Positions 8,001 through 15,798 of a stretch of DNA of 20,243 bases are shown here, piece by piece (the stretch's first letter is position 1; every line of letters starts with the position of its first letter). Source of the DNA: Halodesulfurarchaeum sp. (GTDB taxonomy: Archaea > Halobacteriota > Halobacteria > Halobacteriales > Halobacteriaceae); contig JBDGUI010000036.1 of assembly GCA_042216015.1 (NCBI GenBank), positions 1 through 20,243 of the forward strand. The letters are read 5' to 3'. The notes beneath the pieces were generated by a model, which made no database searches, was not told the DNA's origin, and saw only the letters and a program-made list of their open reading frames with translations. The position numbers and the translations under genes were made by a program.

Positions 8001-8567
8001 TCACTTCCACTTGATCGAACAGCCACGGGAGGGCACCTCATCGCCGTCGACCGATTCGCCCGCAAGCACCGCGTCGATCGCCCGTCTCATCTCGAAGCCG
8101 GGTTCGCCGCTCGGATCTGCGTCGGGGCTCTGGGCGTCGTCGAGCCGCCCGTGGTACGCGAGCGTGAATTCGCCGTCGCTCCCCTCGAAGAGGAACGGGT
8201 CGGGTGTACAGGCCGCGCCATAGGCTCTGGCCACCGACTGGGTGTCATCCCTGAGGTAGGCGTCGTAGGCGATCGTTCCCTCCGCGACGAGGTCTCGCAT
8301 GCGATCGAGAGAGTCCTCCGGGTACTCCGCAGCGTCGTTGGGGTTGATCCCGATGACTGCGACCTCGTCGTACGCGGCGGCGATGTCGTTCAGAGTGTCG
8401 AATTTCGACTTCGCGTACGGACAGTGATTGCAGGTGAACACCACGAGGAGCGCCTGGTATTCCGCGAAGTCAGAGAGCGAGTATGTCCGGTCGTCGGTTC
8501 CGGGGAGTTCGAACCCGGGTGCCGGTTCGCCGTGTTCGAGTTCGTCTCTTGATGATTCGACTACCAT
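8001..8567 (-). CDS. Thioredoxin-fold / peroxiredoxin-like (AhpC-TSA-like) protein
   Basis: APGFELPGTD, VFTCNHCPY, YPEDS, ACTPDPFLF, YHGRLDD, C-terminal SRGCSIKWK. Confidence 0.9.
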   Translation of the reverse strand: MVVESSRDELEHGEPAPGFELPGTDDRTYSLSDFAEYQALLVVFTCNHCPYAKSKFDTLNDIAAAYDEVAVIGINPNDAAEYPEDSLDRMRDLVAEGTIAYDAYLRDDTQSVARAYGAACTPDPFLFEGSDGEFTLAYHGRLDDAQSPDADPSGEPGFEMRRAIDAVLAGESVDGDEVPSRGCSIKWK

Positions 8568-8671
8568 GTATTTGTCTTTCCGCTGCTGTCTCAAACGGGT
8601 TCGGGTGGCGGTCGAAAAGCCCCGGTTCCTCGCCTCGGGAATTTTTGAGGCGCCAGCCTGTACGTCCATTT

Positions 8672-8950
8672 ATGACCGACCGAACGCGAGCCCACGTTTT
8701 CATCTCCGGACGGGTACAGGGAGTGTACTTTCGGGCAAATACGCGGGATCAGGCCCGGAGACGGGACGTCGATGGATGGGTGAAAAACCTCGATGACGGG
8801 CGCGTCGAAGCCGTCTTCGAGGGTGATCAGGACGCTGTCGAGTCGATGATCGAGTGGTGTCAGGAGGGCAGCCCGGCTGCGGAGGTGAGCGACGTGGCCG
8901 TCTCCGAGGAGGAACCGACCGGGGTGCAGGGCTTCGAAATCAGGCGCTAA
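8672..8950 (+). CDS. acyP: Acylphosphatase
   Basis: ISGRVQGVYFR, GWVKNLDDGRVEAVFEG, GSPAAEV. Confidence 0.95.
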   Translation: MTDRTRAHVFISGRVQGVYFRANTRDQARRRDVDGWVKNLDDGRVEAVFEGDQDAVESMIEWCQEGSPAAEVSDVAVSEEEPTGVQGFEIRR

Positions 8951-9008
8951 TTCGGCTCTCCTTTTTGACCCCTCCTGGCTACGGCTGGATACCTTCCGCT
9001 CGGCAGGC

Positions 9009-9644
9009 TCAGTGCTCGACGCCGACGGCCCGAACCGGTGCGCCATCGACCTGGAGCGGGAGTGGATGGGCTCGCAACTCGAACCGGTCCGGGACTCGCG
9101 CCAGCCCGGTGAGGTTTTCGAAGATCAGCCCGCCGGCACCGAGAATCGCGTTGTGGGCCTGGAATCCGTCCGGTTCGTCCGCGCTCGCCGAGAGGTGGGG
9201 GGTTGGATCGGGATTGAGGGTATCCGAACCGACCGAGAATTCCCGTTCGGCACAGCGCGCGGCGGCCTCGGGGTCGAGGTAGGGGTGGTCGAAATATCGT
9301 TCCGTTCCCCAGTGTTCGTCCCAGTTCGTGTGAAAGAGCACACAGTCTGCGCTCTCGTCCGGAGGGACTCGATCGGCCGGGATGGGTTCGCGGGCCTCGA
9401 GGTCCCGGCAGTCGACTTTCAGCGCATCGAGGACGAACTCGTCGACGGTGAATTCACGGAGCTGTTTCCCGTCCGGGATGATGTGGGCCGGGGCGTCGAC
9501 GTGGGTTCCGGCGTGGCTTCCGGTCTCGATCCTGGTCGAGCGATAGCCCTCGGTGTCGTGTTCCGCGTTCGGAGAGACGCGGACCTCGTCGTCTGCGGGA
9601 TACGTCTGGAGTCCGTCCACGAATAGATGGGAGAGGTCTTCCAT
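9009..9644 (-). CDS. Cyclase-family metal-dependent hydrolase (kynurenine formamidase-like)
   Basis: HAGTHVDAPAH motif, GSDTLNPD, AHNAIL, IFENL, DGAPVRAV. Confidence 0.9.
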   Translation of the reverse strand: MEDLSHLFVDGLQTYPADDEVRVSPNAEHDTEGYRSTRIETGSHAGTHVDAPAHIIPDGKQLREFTVDEFVLDALKVDCRDLEAREPIPADRVPPDESADCVLFHTNWDEHWGTERYFDHPYLDPEAAARCAEREFSVGSDTLNPDPTPHLSASADEPDGFQAHNAILGAGGLIFENLTGLARVPDRFELRAHPLPLQVDGAPVRAVGVEH

Positions 9645-9705
9645 ATCTGGCGATGGGGTGGGAGCTGGCAAAACGCTACTGGAGCACTCATGCCTCGGAG
9701 CCCCT

Positions 9706-10143
9706 TCAGGCGTCGCTCATACCGACCGGCGAGACCAGCCCCAGTTCCCTGACCATGCCCAGGGTGTCCCAGTAGGACCAGACCTCGACGATCTCCCCGT
9801 CGTCGAACTGAAACATGTTCAACCCCGTTCCGGAGAACTGCTCGCCCTGGCCCTCGATCCCGAAGAGCTTCTCCGTCTGGGTGCCCGAGGAGGACCATCG
9901 GACGGCGTACTCGTCGCCGTCACCGAAGATGGTCTCGACCTCGTACTCGATGTCCGGAAATGCCGCGTGGTACCGCTTGATGAACGCCTTGACCTGGCCG
10001 AGGTTTTCAAGTGTTCCCGGAGTGACACTCCGGGGGCCGTGATACGTGACGTCCTCCGCGAGGATCTCCTCTGCGACATCGGTGTCGCCCTCGGTGAACA
10101 TCTCCTCGTAGTACCGCTCGATGGCGGTCTCGTGATCTGCCAT
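9706..10143 (-). CDS. SnoaL-like ester cyclase / NTF2-fold protein (alternative start at 10158)
   Basis: EEILAEDVTYH..YHAAFPDI..GDGDEYAVRW..DGEIVEVWSYWDTLGMVRELG. Confidence 0.85.
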   Translation of the reverse strand: MADHETAIERYYEEMFTEGDTDVAEEILAEDVTYHGPRSVTPGTLENLGQVKAFIKRYHAAFPDIEYEVETIFGDGDEYAVRWSSSGTQTEKLFGIEGQGEQFSGTGLNMFQFDDGEIVEVWSYWDTLGMVRELGLVSPVGMSDA

Positions 10144-10261
10144 GACTTGTGTCACCATGCCAAAGTACACTTGCCGACCCATTAACCGTTCGGGGTTCCC
10201 CCGATTCGTGCCCCTATCTTCCGTTCGACCCAGGCAGCAATGGGGCAAAGATTCTCTGTTT

Positions 10262-10632
10262 TCACAGAAACGAAACGAGGGCACGGGCGAGTATCCAGGC
10301 GACCCCAAGTGCGAAAAGTGCTCCGAGAAGGGTTCCAACGGCATTTCCAACGGCCGCCAAGTGGTCGCCGGTCTCCCAGAGGCGAACCGTTTCGACTGAA
10401 AACGAAGAAAACGTCGTGAAGGAACCGGCAACGCCCGTTCCGAAAAAGAGGACGAGGTCGTTTCCCATCCCGAGGAAGGTCACGAATCCGAGGAGGAAGC
10501 TTCCGAGGACGTTGACCGAGATCGTCCCGGGGGGTACTCGCTTCCATCGATGCGGCTGCTGACGTATTGCCGGAGCAGCGCTCCGAGCGCCCCTCCCGTT
10601 CCCACCAGTTGACCGGGTTCGATCGGAATCAT
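10262..10632 (-). pseudogene. crcB: Fluoride channel Fluc/CrcB, second subunit, with a 1-nt frameshift near 10529-10534
   Basis: N-part MIPIEPGQLVGTGGALGALLRQY..EYP and C-part GTISVNVLGSFLLG..GVAGSFTTFSSFSVETV lie in different frames; the span is 371 nt, one short of 372. Confidence 0.85.
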
Positions 10633-11033
10633 CGGTTCTCCCCCGCTTCGATCCGGACGGCCACTGCCCGTCCCACGATCACGCCGGCGAATCCGAGGCC
10701 ATAGGTCCCGAGCACGGTGAGCACGATCCATGTCGGCCGCCTCTGGGCGGCCAGTAGTGCGAACGTGCTGTAGGTCGTAAAGGAGGAGAGAAAACCCGTG
10801 GACACCAAAAGCCGTGTCTCAGTCGAGAGGTGGTCCGTACGAAGTGATACGTAAATCACCAAACCCAGGAGGAAACTCCCCAGCGTATTGACGGCGATCG
10901 TGGCGGGAAGGGCCGGCCAGACCTGTCCGAAGACGTATCGGAGATTCGATCCCGCGAAACCGCCGATTCCGACCAGTGCGACCGTTTCCAGCGCTCGAAT
11001 CCGACGGGGAATGCGTGCTACCTGGCTTTGCAA
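10629..11033 (-). CDS. crcB: Fluoride channel Fluc/CrcB, first subunit (start uncertain, TTG)
   Basis: GGFAGSNLRY, TIAVNTLGSFLLG, TGFLSSFTTYSTFA; ATGA overlap with the second crcB. Confidence 0.9.
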   Translation of the reverse strand: MQSQVARIPRRIRALETVALVGIGGFAGSNLRYVFGQVWPALPATIAVNTLGSFLLGLVIYVSLRTDHLSTETRLLVSTGFLSSFTTYSTFALLAAQRRPTWIVLTVLGTYGLGFAGVIVGRAVAVRIEAGENR

Positions 11034-11087
11034 GAAGGAGTCATCAGCCGCGAACCGGCAGTTGGGTCAGGCGGACTCCATCGCCCG
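11034..11087 (-). promoter_or_regulatory. Fluoride riboswitch (crcB RNA motif)
   Basis: Minus strand GGCGATGGAGTCCGCC-TGACCCAACT-GCCGGTTCGCGGC-TGATGACTCCT: P1 GGCG/CGCC, pseudoknot GGAGT/ACTCC, conserved CTGATG; directly upstream of crcB. Confidence 0.92.
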
Positions 11088-11189
11088 TGGCCACGGATTG
11101 TCGTCCTGAGTGGAGGGGTTTGCGAAGCGTCGAGCCGGGAATGACGTATCGACAGAACGTTCATTATTGTCTGGCAACAATATCATTCC

Positions 11190-11591
11190 ATGCGGTATCA
11201 CGTTCTCATGCCCGTCGACCGTGACCAGGACCGAGCAACCGCTCAGGTCGATTACCTGCTCGATTCCCCAATGGCTCCCGAGGACCTCGTGGTCAGGATG
11301 CTGTACGTCCTCCCACGTGAGGACGCCGATATCGACGACGAGGAGAACTTCGAGGGCAACGAGGCGGCGATCGAGGCAGCGAACCGGCTCGAGGGGGCGG
11401 GGGCGACCGTTGCCCGGCGGATGGACACCGGGTCGATCTCTGGAGCCATTCTCGAACACGCCGAGGAGATCGACGCCGATCAGATCGTCATGAGCGGTCG
11501 CAAGCGAAACGGGGTCTCGGACGTGCTGCTCGGTAGCACTGCAACCGACGTCATCCAGGCCACAAAACGGCCGGTCGTCATGACCGGGTAG
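11190..11591 (+). CDS. Universal stress protein (UspA family)
   Basis: VLMPVD, AILEHAEEIDADQIVMSGRKR..VLLGSTATDVI..RPVVM. Confidence 0.93.
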   Translation: MRYHVLMPVDRDQDRATAQVDYLLDSPMAPEDLVVRMLYVLPREDADIDDEENFEGNEAAIEAANRLEGAGATVARRMDTGSISGAILEHAEEIDADQIVMSGRKRNGVSDVLLGSTATDVIQATKRPVVMTG

Positions 11592-11597
11592 CGGCCA

Positions 11598-13358
11598 TCA
11601 CTCCCCGGAGGCGGGGTGGTCATACCGGCGGGGAATCATGGCTGTTTCCACGTAGTGATCGCCTCCGGCATAGTCGATTCCCGGCTGGATGAACGGATAG
11701 GGACCCTCAACGGGCGTATTCTGGACTGATCCACCTGATTCCGGGGTCTTCACGAGGTCCATCACCTCGTATGCGACCGGCGACTGGTCCTTCAGAAACT
11801 CGAGAAGGATGTCGGCCGGAATCGCATCTCGGATCTCCACGTTTCTGAACGGGAACCCACAGCCGCCGAGATCGCGCTCTGGAGCCCCAGGCCGACGGAA
11901 CGTGGCGACACGATAGGTGGCCGCCGGATCGACCGGTTCGCCGTCGATTTCCATGGAGACCAGGCGTCGACCCCGTTTTGCCGTGGGATCGATCACGAGT
12001 TCCACGTTCGAGGAGAAGGCTCGCACGCGACCGTCTTCCTGGTCGTAGACGTGCGAGGTGAAGTTGTCGATGAGGTAGTCCTCGACGTGTGAGACGAGCT
12101 GTTGGCCCCAGACGTCACCGGCAGCGACCTTCGCGGTCATGGGATAGAACGTGTACACGTCCTCCAGCGTGATCTCGCCGGCCGGTATTGCCTGTCCGAA
12201 GCGATTGCCGTGAGTGACCGCGAGGTCGGCATCGAAGCTCTCTCTGAGCGCGTCGTTGAACAGCGTGTTCCAGGCGCTCTCGAGGAAGGACTGGCGGGCC
12301 AGGTCGAATTTCGTCTCGCCGACCACCGTGGAAAGCGATCGCGTGAGGGTCGTCGATCCCCGTTGGAAGGTGGAATCGTCGTCGAAGAAGGGCGCTCTGA
12401 GTGCTTCGATCGTCTCGGCAGTCGCCTCGTCCGGGGCCGGCGTATAGGGGAGGTCGTCCACGAAGGTGTAAAGGACGTGTCTGAACGCCGGTCCGCTGTC
12501 GTCGAAGCGAAGGTCCACCCGGCCGAGGGCCTCTCCCATGCCCGATTCGATCACCACCGTCTCGGTCCGATCGATCAGGATCGGTTCGTACGTGTACTCG
12601 TGAGTGTGTGCGCTGAGCGCCACGTCGATGCTGTCGAAGTCCTTGGCGGCCTGGACCATCCACGGCAGCCCGATCTCCGTGACTGCGACGATCAGGTCAG
12701 CACCCGCCTCACGGGCGGCAGTCGCCGTCTCGTCCAGTAGGACTGGTGACGTGCCGAATCGGTATTTCCCCTCGTGAAATGCCGGGGCCATCCGGTCGAT
12801 GTAGGGATTTGTCATCCCGATTACTCCCATCGTCCTGCCGCCCCGTTCGAAGAGCCTGTACCCATCGTACAACTGGGTCCCCTCCGCATCCGTGAGGTTC
12901 GTGGCGAGCGTCGGGGTCTCCACGGCGTCGAAGAGGTCGAGGGCGGATCCGTCGCGAGCCCCCTCGTGGCCGAAATCCCAGTTGCCGGGCACGTACACGT
13001 CGGGATCGAGGTGTTCGTTGATGGGCTCGAGCATGATCTCCCCCTCGGTGAAGGTCGTTTCGGCCGTCCCGTGGAAGGTGTCTCCGCTCATCAGTACGAG
13101 GGTCTGGTGGGCCTCGCGCAACTGATCGAGCTTGGCGACGTGGGTTGCCAGTCCACGCACCGATCGAATCGCCCGCCTCCCGTCACGGAAATCGATCGGA
13201 GGACTGCCCCGATTCGTTCGGTAGAACACCTGGTTTGCCGGTCCGAGCTGCCCGTGCAGGTCACTCACGTGAGCGATCGTCAAATCGGGGGGTCCCTCCC
13301 CCGCGGGCCGTCCGTCGAAGGTGCGCCACTCTCCAAGCCACCTGGTATCAAGTCCCAT
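11598..13358 (-). CDS. Calcineurin-like metallophosphoesterase with 5'-nucleotidase C-domain, SoxB-like, no signal peptide (586 aa)
   Basis: SDLHG, SGDTFHG, PGNWDF, SAHTHE metal motifs; C-domain GEITLEDVY..P, IDGEPVDPAATYRVA; the longer ORF start overlaps dacZ. Confidence 0.85.
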   Translation of the reverse strand: MGLDTRWLGEWRTFDGRPAGEGPPDLTIAHVSDLHGQLGPANQVFYRTNRGSPPIDFRDGRRAIRSVRGLATHVAKLDQLREAHQTLVLMSGDTFHGTAETTFTEGEIMLEPINEHLDPDVYVPGNWDFGHEGARDGSALDLFDAVETPTLATNLTDAEGTQLYDGYRLFERGGRTMGVIGMTNPYIDRMAPAFHEGKYRFGTSPVLLDETATAAREAGADLIVAVTEIGLPWMVQAAKDFDSIDVALSAHTHEYTYEPILIDRTETVVIESGMGEALGRVDLRFDDSGPAFRHVLYTFVDDLPYTPAPDEATAETIEALRAPFFDDDSTFQRGSTTLTRSLSTVVGETKFDLARQSFLESAWNTLFNDALRESFDADLAVTHGNRFGQAIPAGEITLEDVYTFYPMTAKVAAGDVWGQQLVSHVEDYLIDNFTSHVYDQEDGRVRAFSSNVELVIDPTAKRGRRLVSMEIDGEPVDPAATYRVATFRRPGAPERDLGGCGFPFRNVEIRDAIPADILLEFLKDQSPVAYEVMDLVKTPESGGSVQNTPVEGPYPFIQPGIDYAGGDHYVETAMIPRRYDHPASGE

Positions 13359-13453
13359 GTCAGTCGTTCGTCCTACGTGTGTGGGTCGTATAACTCGTTT
13401 CCCGTTCCGATGCCGCACAAACGTTTTGAGGATCCACCGAGTCCGTTTATTCA

Positions 13454-14263
13454 ATGGCCGAATTGTGTGACCTCCTCGAGGACATCGTCGCCGAGCCGGA
13501 TGCGCTCTTTCTCTTCTCCCCGACGGGGTCACAGTACGAGGAGGCGGCCGCGATCGAGGACCTCCCGGTGGTGGTCGTCGATACGAAAAACGAGATCGAA
13601 GCACCCCAATTCCTCGAGGTGCCACTCGAGTTCGACGACGTCAAAGACTGCATCCAGTTCGCCCTCGAAGGGGCCGTCGATCAGGAACTCGTCGAACCGG
13701 GTGATGAGGTGCTTGCCGTGCTGGGATTGCTCGGTGAAAGCCGAGACATGGTCTCCCGGGTGCGGGTCACGGAGGGCACTCACGGCATCTATGACCTGTT
13801 CACGGACTCGCGTGCCGATCCGGAGGTGCTTCGGGATGCGTTCGAGGTGGCCATCGAACTCGGCAAGAAGGGCCAGAAGGGCAAACCGGTCGGGGCCCTG
13901 TTCGTCGTGGGCGATGCGGGCAACGTGATGAACAAGTCCCGCCCGCTCTCGTACAATCCCTTCGAGAAGTCCCACGTTCGCATCGGTGACCCCATCGTCA
14001 ACGTGATGCTCAAGGAATTCTCCCGCCTCGACGGCGCATTCGTCGTCTCTGACTCGGGGAAGATCGTCTCGGCGTATCGCTATCTCGAACCCTCCGCCGA
14101 GGGAGTGGACATCCCCAAGGGATTGGGTGCCAGGCACATGGCCGCGGGAGCAATCACCCGGGACACCGGTGCGGTCGCCATCGCCTTGAGCGAGAGCGAC
14201 GGGATGGTGCGTGCATTCAAGGGCGGCGAACTGGTCCTCGAACTCGACCCGGAGGAGTACTGA
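13454..14263 (+). CDS. dacZ: Diadenylate cyclase DacZ (c-di-AMP synthase)
   Basis: DAC motifs LDGA and LGARHMAA, GKPVGALFVVGD, LSESDG; adjacent to mscS as in other haloarchaea. Confidence 0.93.
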   Translation: MAELCDLLEDIVAEPDALFLFSPTGSQYEEAAAIEDLPVVVVDTKNEIEAPQFLEVPLEFDDVKDCIQFALEGAVDQELVEPGDEVLAVLGLLGESRDMVSRVRVTEGTHGIYDLFTDSRADPEVLRDAFEVAIELGKKGQKGKPVGALFVVGDAGNVMNKSRPLSYNPFEKSHVRIGDPIVNVMLKEFSRLDGAFVVSDSGKIVSAYRYLEPSAEGVDIPKGLGARHMAAGAITRDTGAVAIALSESDGMVRAFKGGELVLELDPEEY

Positions 14264-15037
14264 ATGGCCGATCCGATCGTCGACTTCGCCATCGAGACCC
14301 GTTATCTCTGGGCCGCGATCATTCTTTCCGTCGGGCTCCTTGGGGGATACCTTCTCGGACAATTCAACAAGCGGTTGCTCCGCGGTGTGGGCGTCGACGA
14401 GGCCGTCGAGGGGACGAGTCTCGAACGGACGGCCCGGAACTTCGGAACGGAGACCGTCACGATTCTCGCCCGGAGCACGTCGTGGCTGATCTACGGGTTT
14501 GCACTCGTGTACAGCCTGCACGTCGCTGGAATCGTGGAAACGAGTGTCCTCTTGGCCCGCAGTACAGATCTGATCCCCTCCTACATTCTCGGGGCACTCG
14601 TCGTGATGGGTGGCTTGTTGGTCGGTGATAAGGTGGAGATGTCGGTAAACGAGCGACTCAAGGGGATCAAGTTCCCCGAGGTGACCCTCGTCGGACGGAT
14701 CGTTCGGTATACAGTCGTCTTCGTCGCGATCCTTCTCGCGCTCGCCCAGGTCGGGGTCGCCGTCGGGGTCCTGCTGATTCTCCTCGGTGCCTATCTCCTC
14801 GCCGCCATCGTCCTCGCCGCGACGGCGCTGCATCAGCTTCTGGCCGCCGGTGGAGCGGGGCTCTATCTTTTGCTCTCACAGCCCTACACGATCGGCGACC
14901 AGGTCGCCATCGGGGAGCGAGAGGGTGTCGTGCAGGAAATCGACCTCTTCACCACGAAGATCGAACGGGACGGTCGGGTCTATCTGCTGCCGAACCATCT
15001 CGTGCTCAGTCGAGGGGCCACCTTGATTCGGGAGTGA
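14264..15037 (+). CDS. mscS: Small-conductance mechanosensitive channel family protein
   Basis: Several TM helices, QPYTIGDQVAIG..GVVQEIDLFTT..LPN; ATG immediately after the dacZ stop. Confidence 0.88.
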   Translation: MADPIVDFAIETRYLWAAIILSVGLLGGYLLGQFNKRLLRGVGVDEAVEGTSLERTARNFGTETVTILARSTSWLIYGFALVYSLHVAGIVETSVLLARSTDLIPSYILGALVVMGGLLVGDKVEMSVNERLKGIKFPEVTLVGRIVRYTVVFVAILLALAQVGVAVGVLLILLGAYLLAAIVLAATALHQLLAAGGAGLYLLLSQPYTIGDQVAIGEREGVVQEIDLFTTKIERDGRVYLLPNHLVLSRGATLIRE

Positions 15038-15038
15038 G

Positions 15039-15524
15039 TTACAGCGGCTCGGCCGGAACCCCGGCGACGGTCGTCTCGGGTGGCACGTCCTCCGTGACGA
15101 GCGAGTTTGCCGCAACGCGGGCTCTCGCCCCGATCTCCACGCCCGGGAGCACGATCACGCCGGCGCCGATCATGGTCTCGGGGCCGATCCGGACCTCCCC
15201 GGTCCGGAACTCGTCCTGGAGGAACTCGTGACAGAGAATGGTCGCGTCGTACCCGACGATCGCGTCGGATTCGATGGTGATGAGCTCGGGAAAGAACACG
15301 TCAGGCGTCGATTCGAGTCCCCAGCGGACACCCTTCTCCACGGTCATTCCGAGCCGCCGGAACAGCCAGTTTTTCAGCCGAAGGCTCGGGGAGTGTCTCG
15401 CCACGACGATCGCGGCGTAGTTGCGGGCGACGATCCACGGCGATTTTGCCTTGCGCCAGTGCCGAAGCGAATTCCCGGGACCGGTCGCCGTTCGTTCGAG
15501 GCGCTCGTGGCGACGTCGGGACAC
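15039..15524 (-). CDS. Hexapeptide-repeat (left-handed beta-helix) acyltransferase
   Basis: IVGYDATILCHE, IGPETMIGAGVIVLPGVEIG, VAGVPA; GTG start at 15524 with TTAAAG about 25-30 nt upstream. Confidence 0.88.
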   Translation of the reverse strand: MSRRRHERLERTATGPGNSLRHWRKAKSPWIVARNYAAIVVARHSPSLRLKNWLFRRLGMTVEKGVRWGLESTPDVFFPELITIESDAIVGYDATILCHEFLQDEFRTGEVRIGPETMIGAGVIVLPGVEIGARARVAANSLVTEDVPPETTVAGVPAEPL

Positions 15525-15565
15525 GCTCTCCGGTAAGACGCCGCGTTTCTTTAACCCTCCGAGGG

Positions 15566-15733
15566 TCACTCGACGATCGGATTGAATCCCCCCGTGATGT
15601 TCCACTCGTGGACACAGTAGGTCTTCCCGACCTCCCCTTCGACCCGCCAGGTGCCGACGGACTCGTCCCAGACCTCCTCGCGTTCACACCGCAGACACCG
15701 TCGGGTCCGCGGACGACGGATCTCGATGTTCAT
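15566..15733 (-). CDS. HEWD-family small Cys/His protein (55 aa; HEWN variant)
   Basis: RRCLRCEREEVWD...YCVHEWNITGGFNPI. Confidence 0.8.
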   Translation of the reverse strand: MNIEIRRPRTRRCLRCEREEVWDESVGTWRVEGEVGKTYCVHEWNITGGFNPIVE

Positions 15734-15798
15734 ACGTGTCCCATGGTACCAATGTGCAATAAATCTGCAGGCGCGTCGATCCGAGTCCAGTGAGCCTG

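Noticed and set aside
10262..10483. Independent 73-aa third crcB gene
   Set aside because: It is the C-terminal part of the frameshifted crcB starting at 10632
7713..13453. Provirus or integrative element at tRNA-Leu
   Set aside because: No integrase, replication or virion genes; the only tRNA-end copies seen are within 100 bp of the tRNA
13359..13625. Arg-rich N-terminal extension of the SoxB-like ORF as a Tat signal
   Set aside because: Overlaps dacZ on the opposite strand and lacks a hydrophobic h-region
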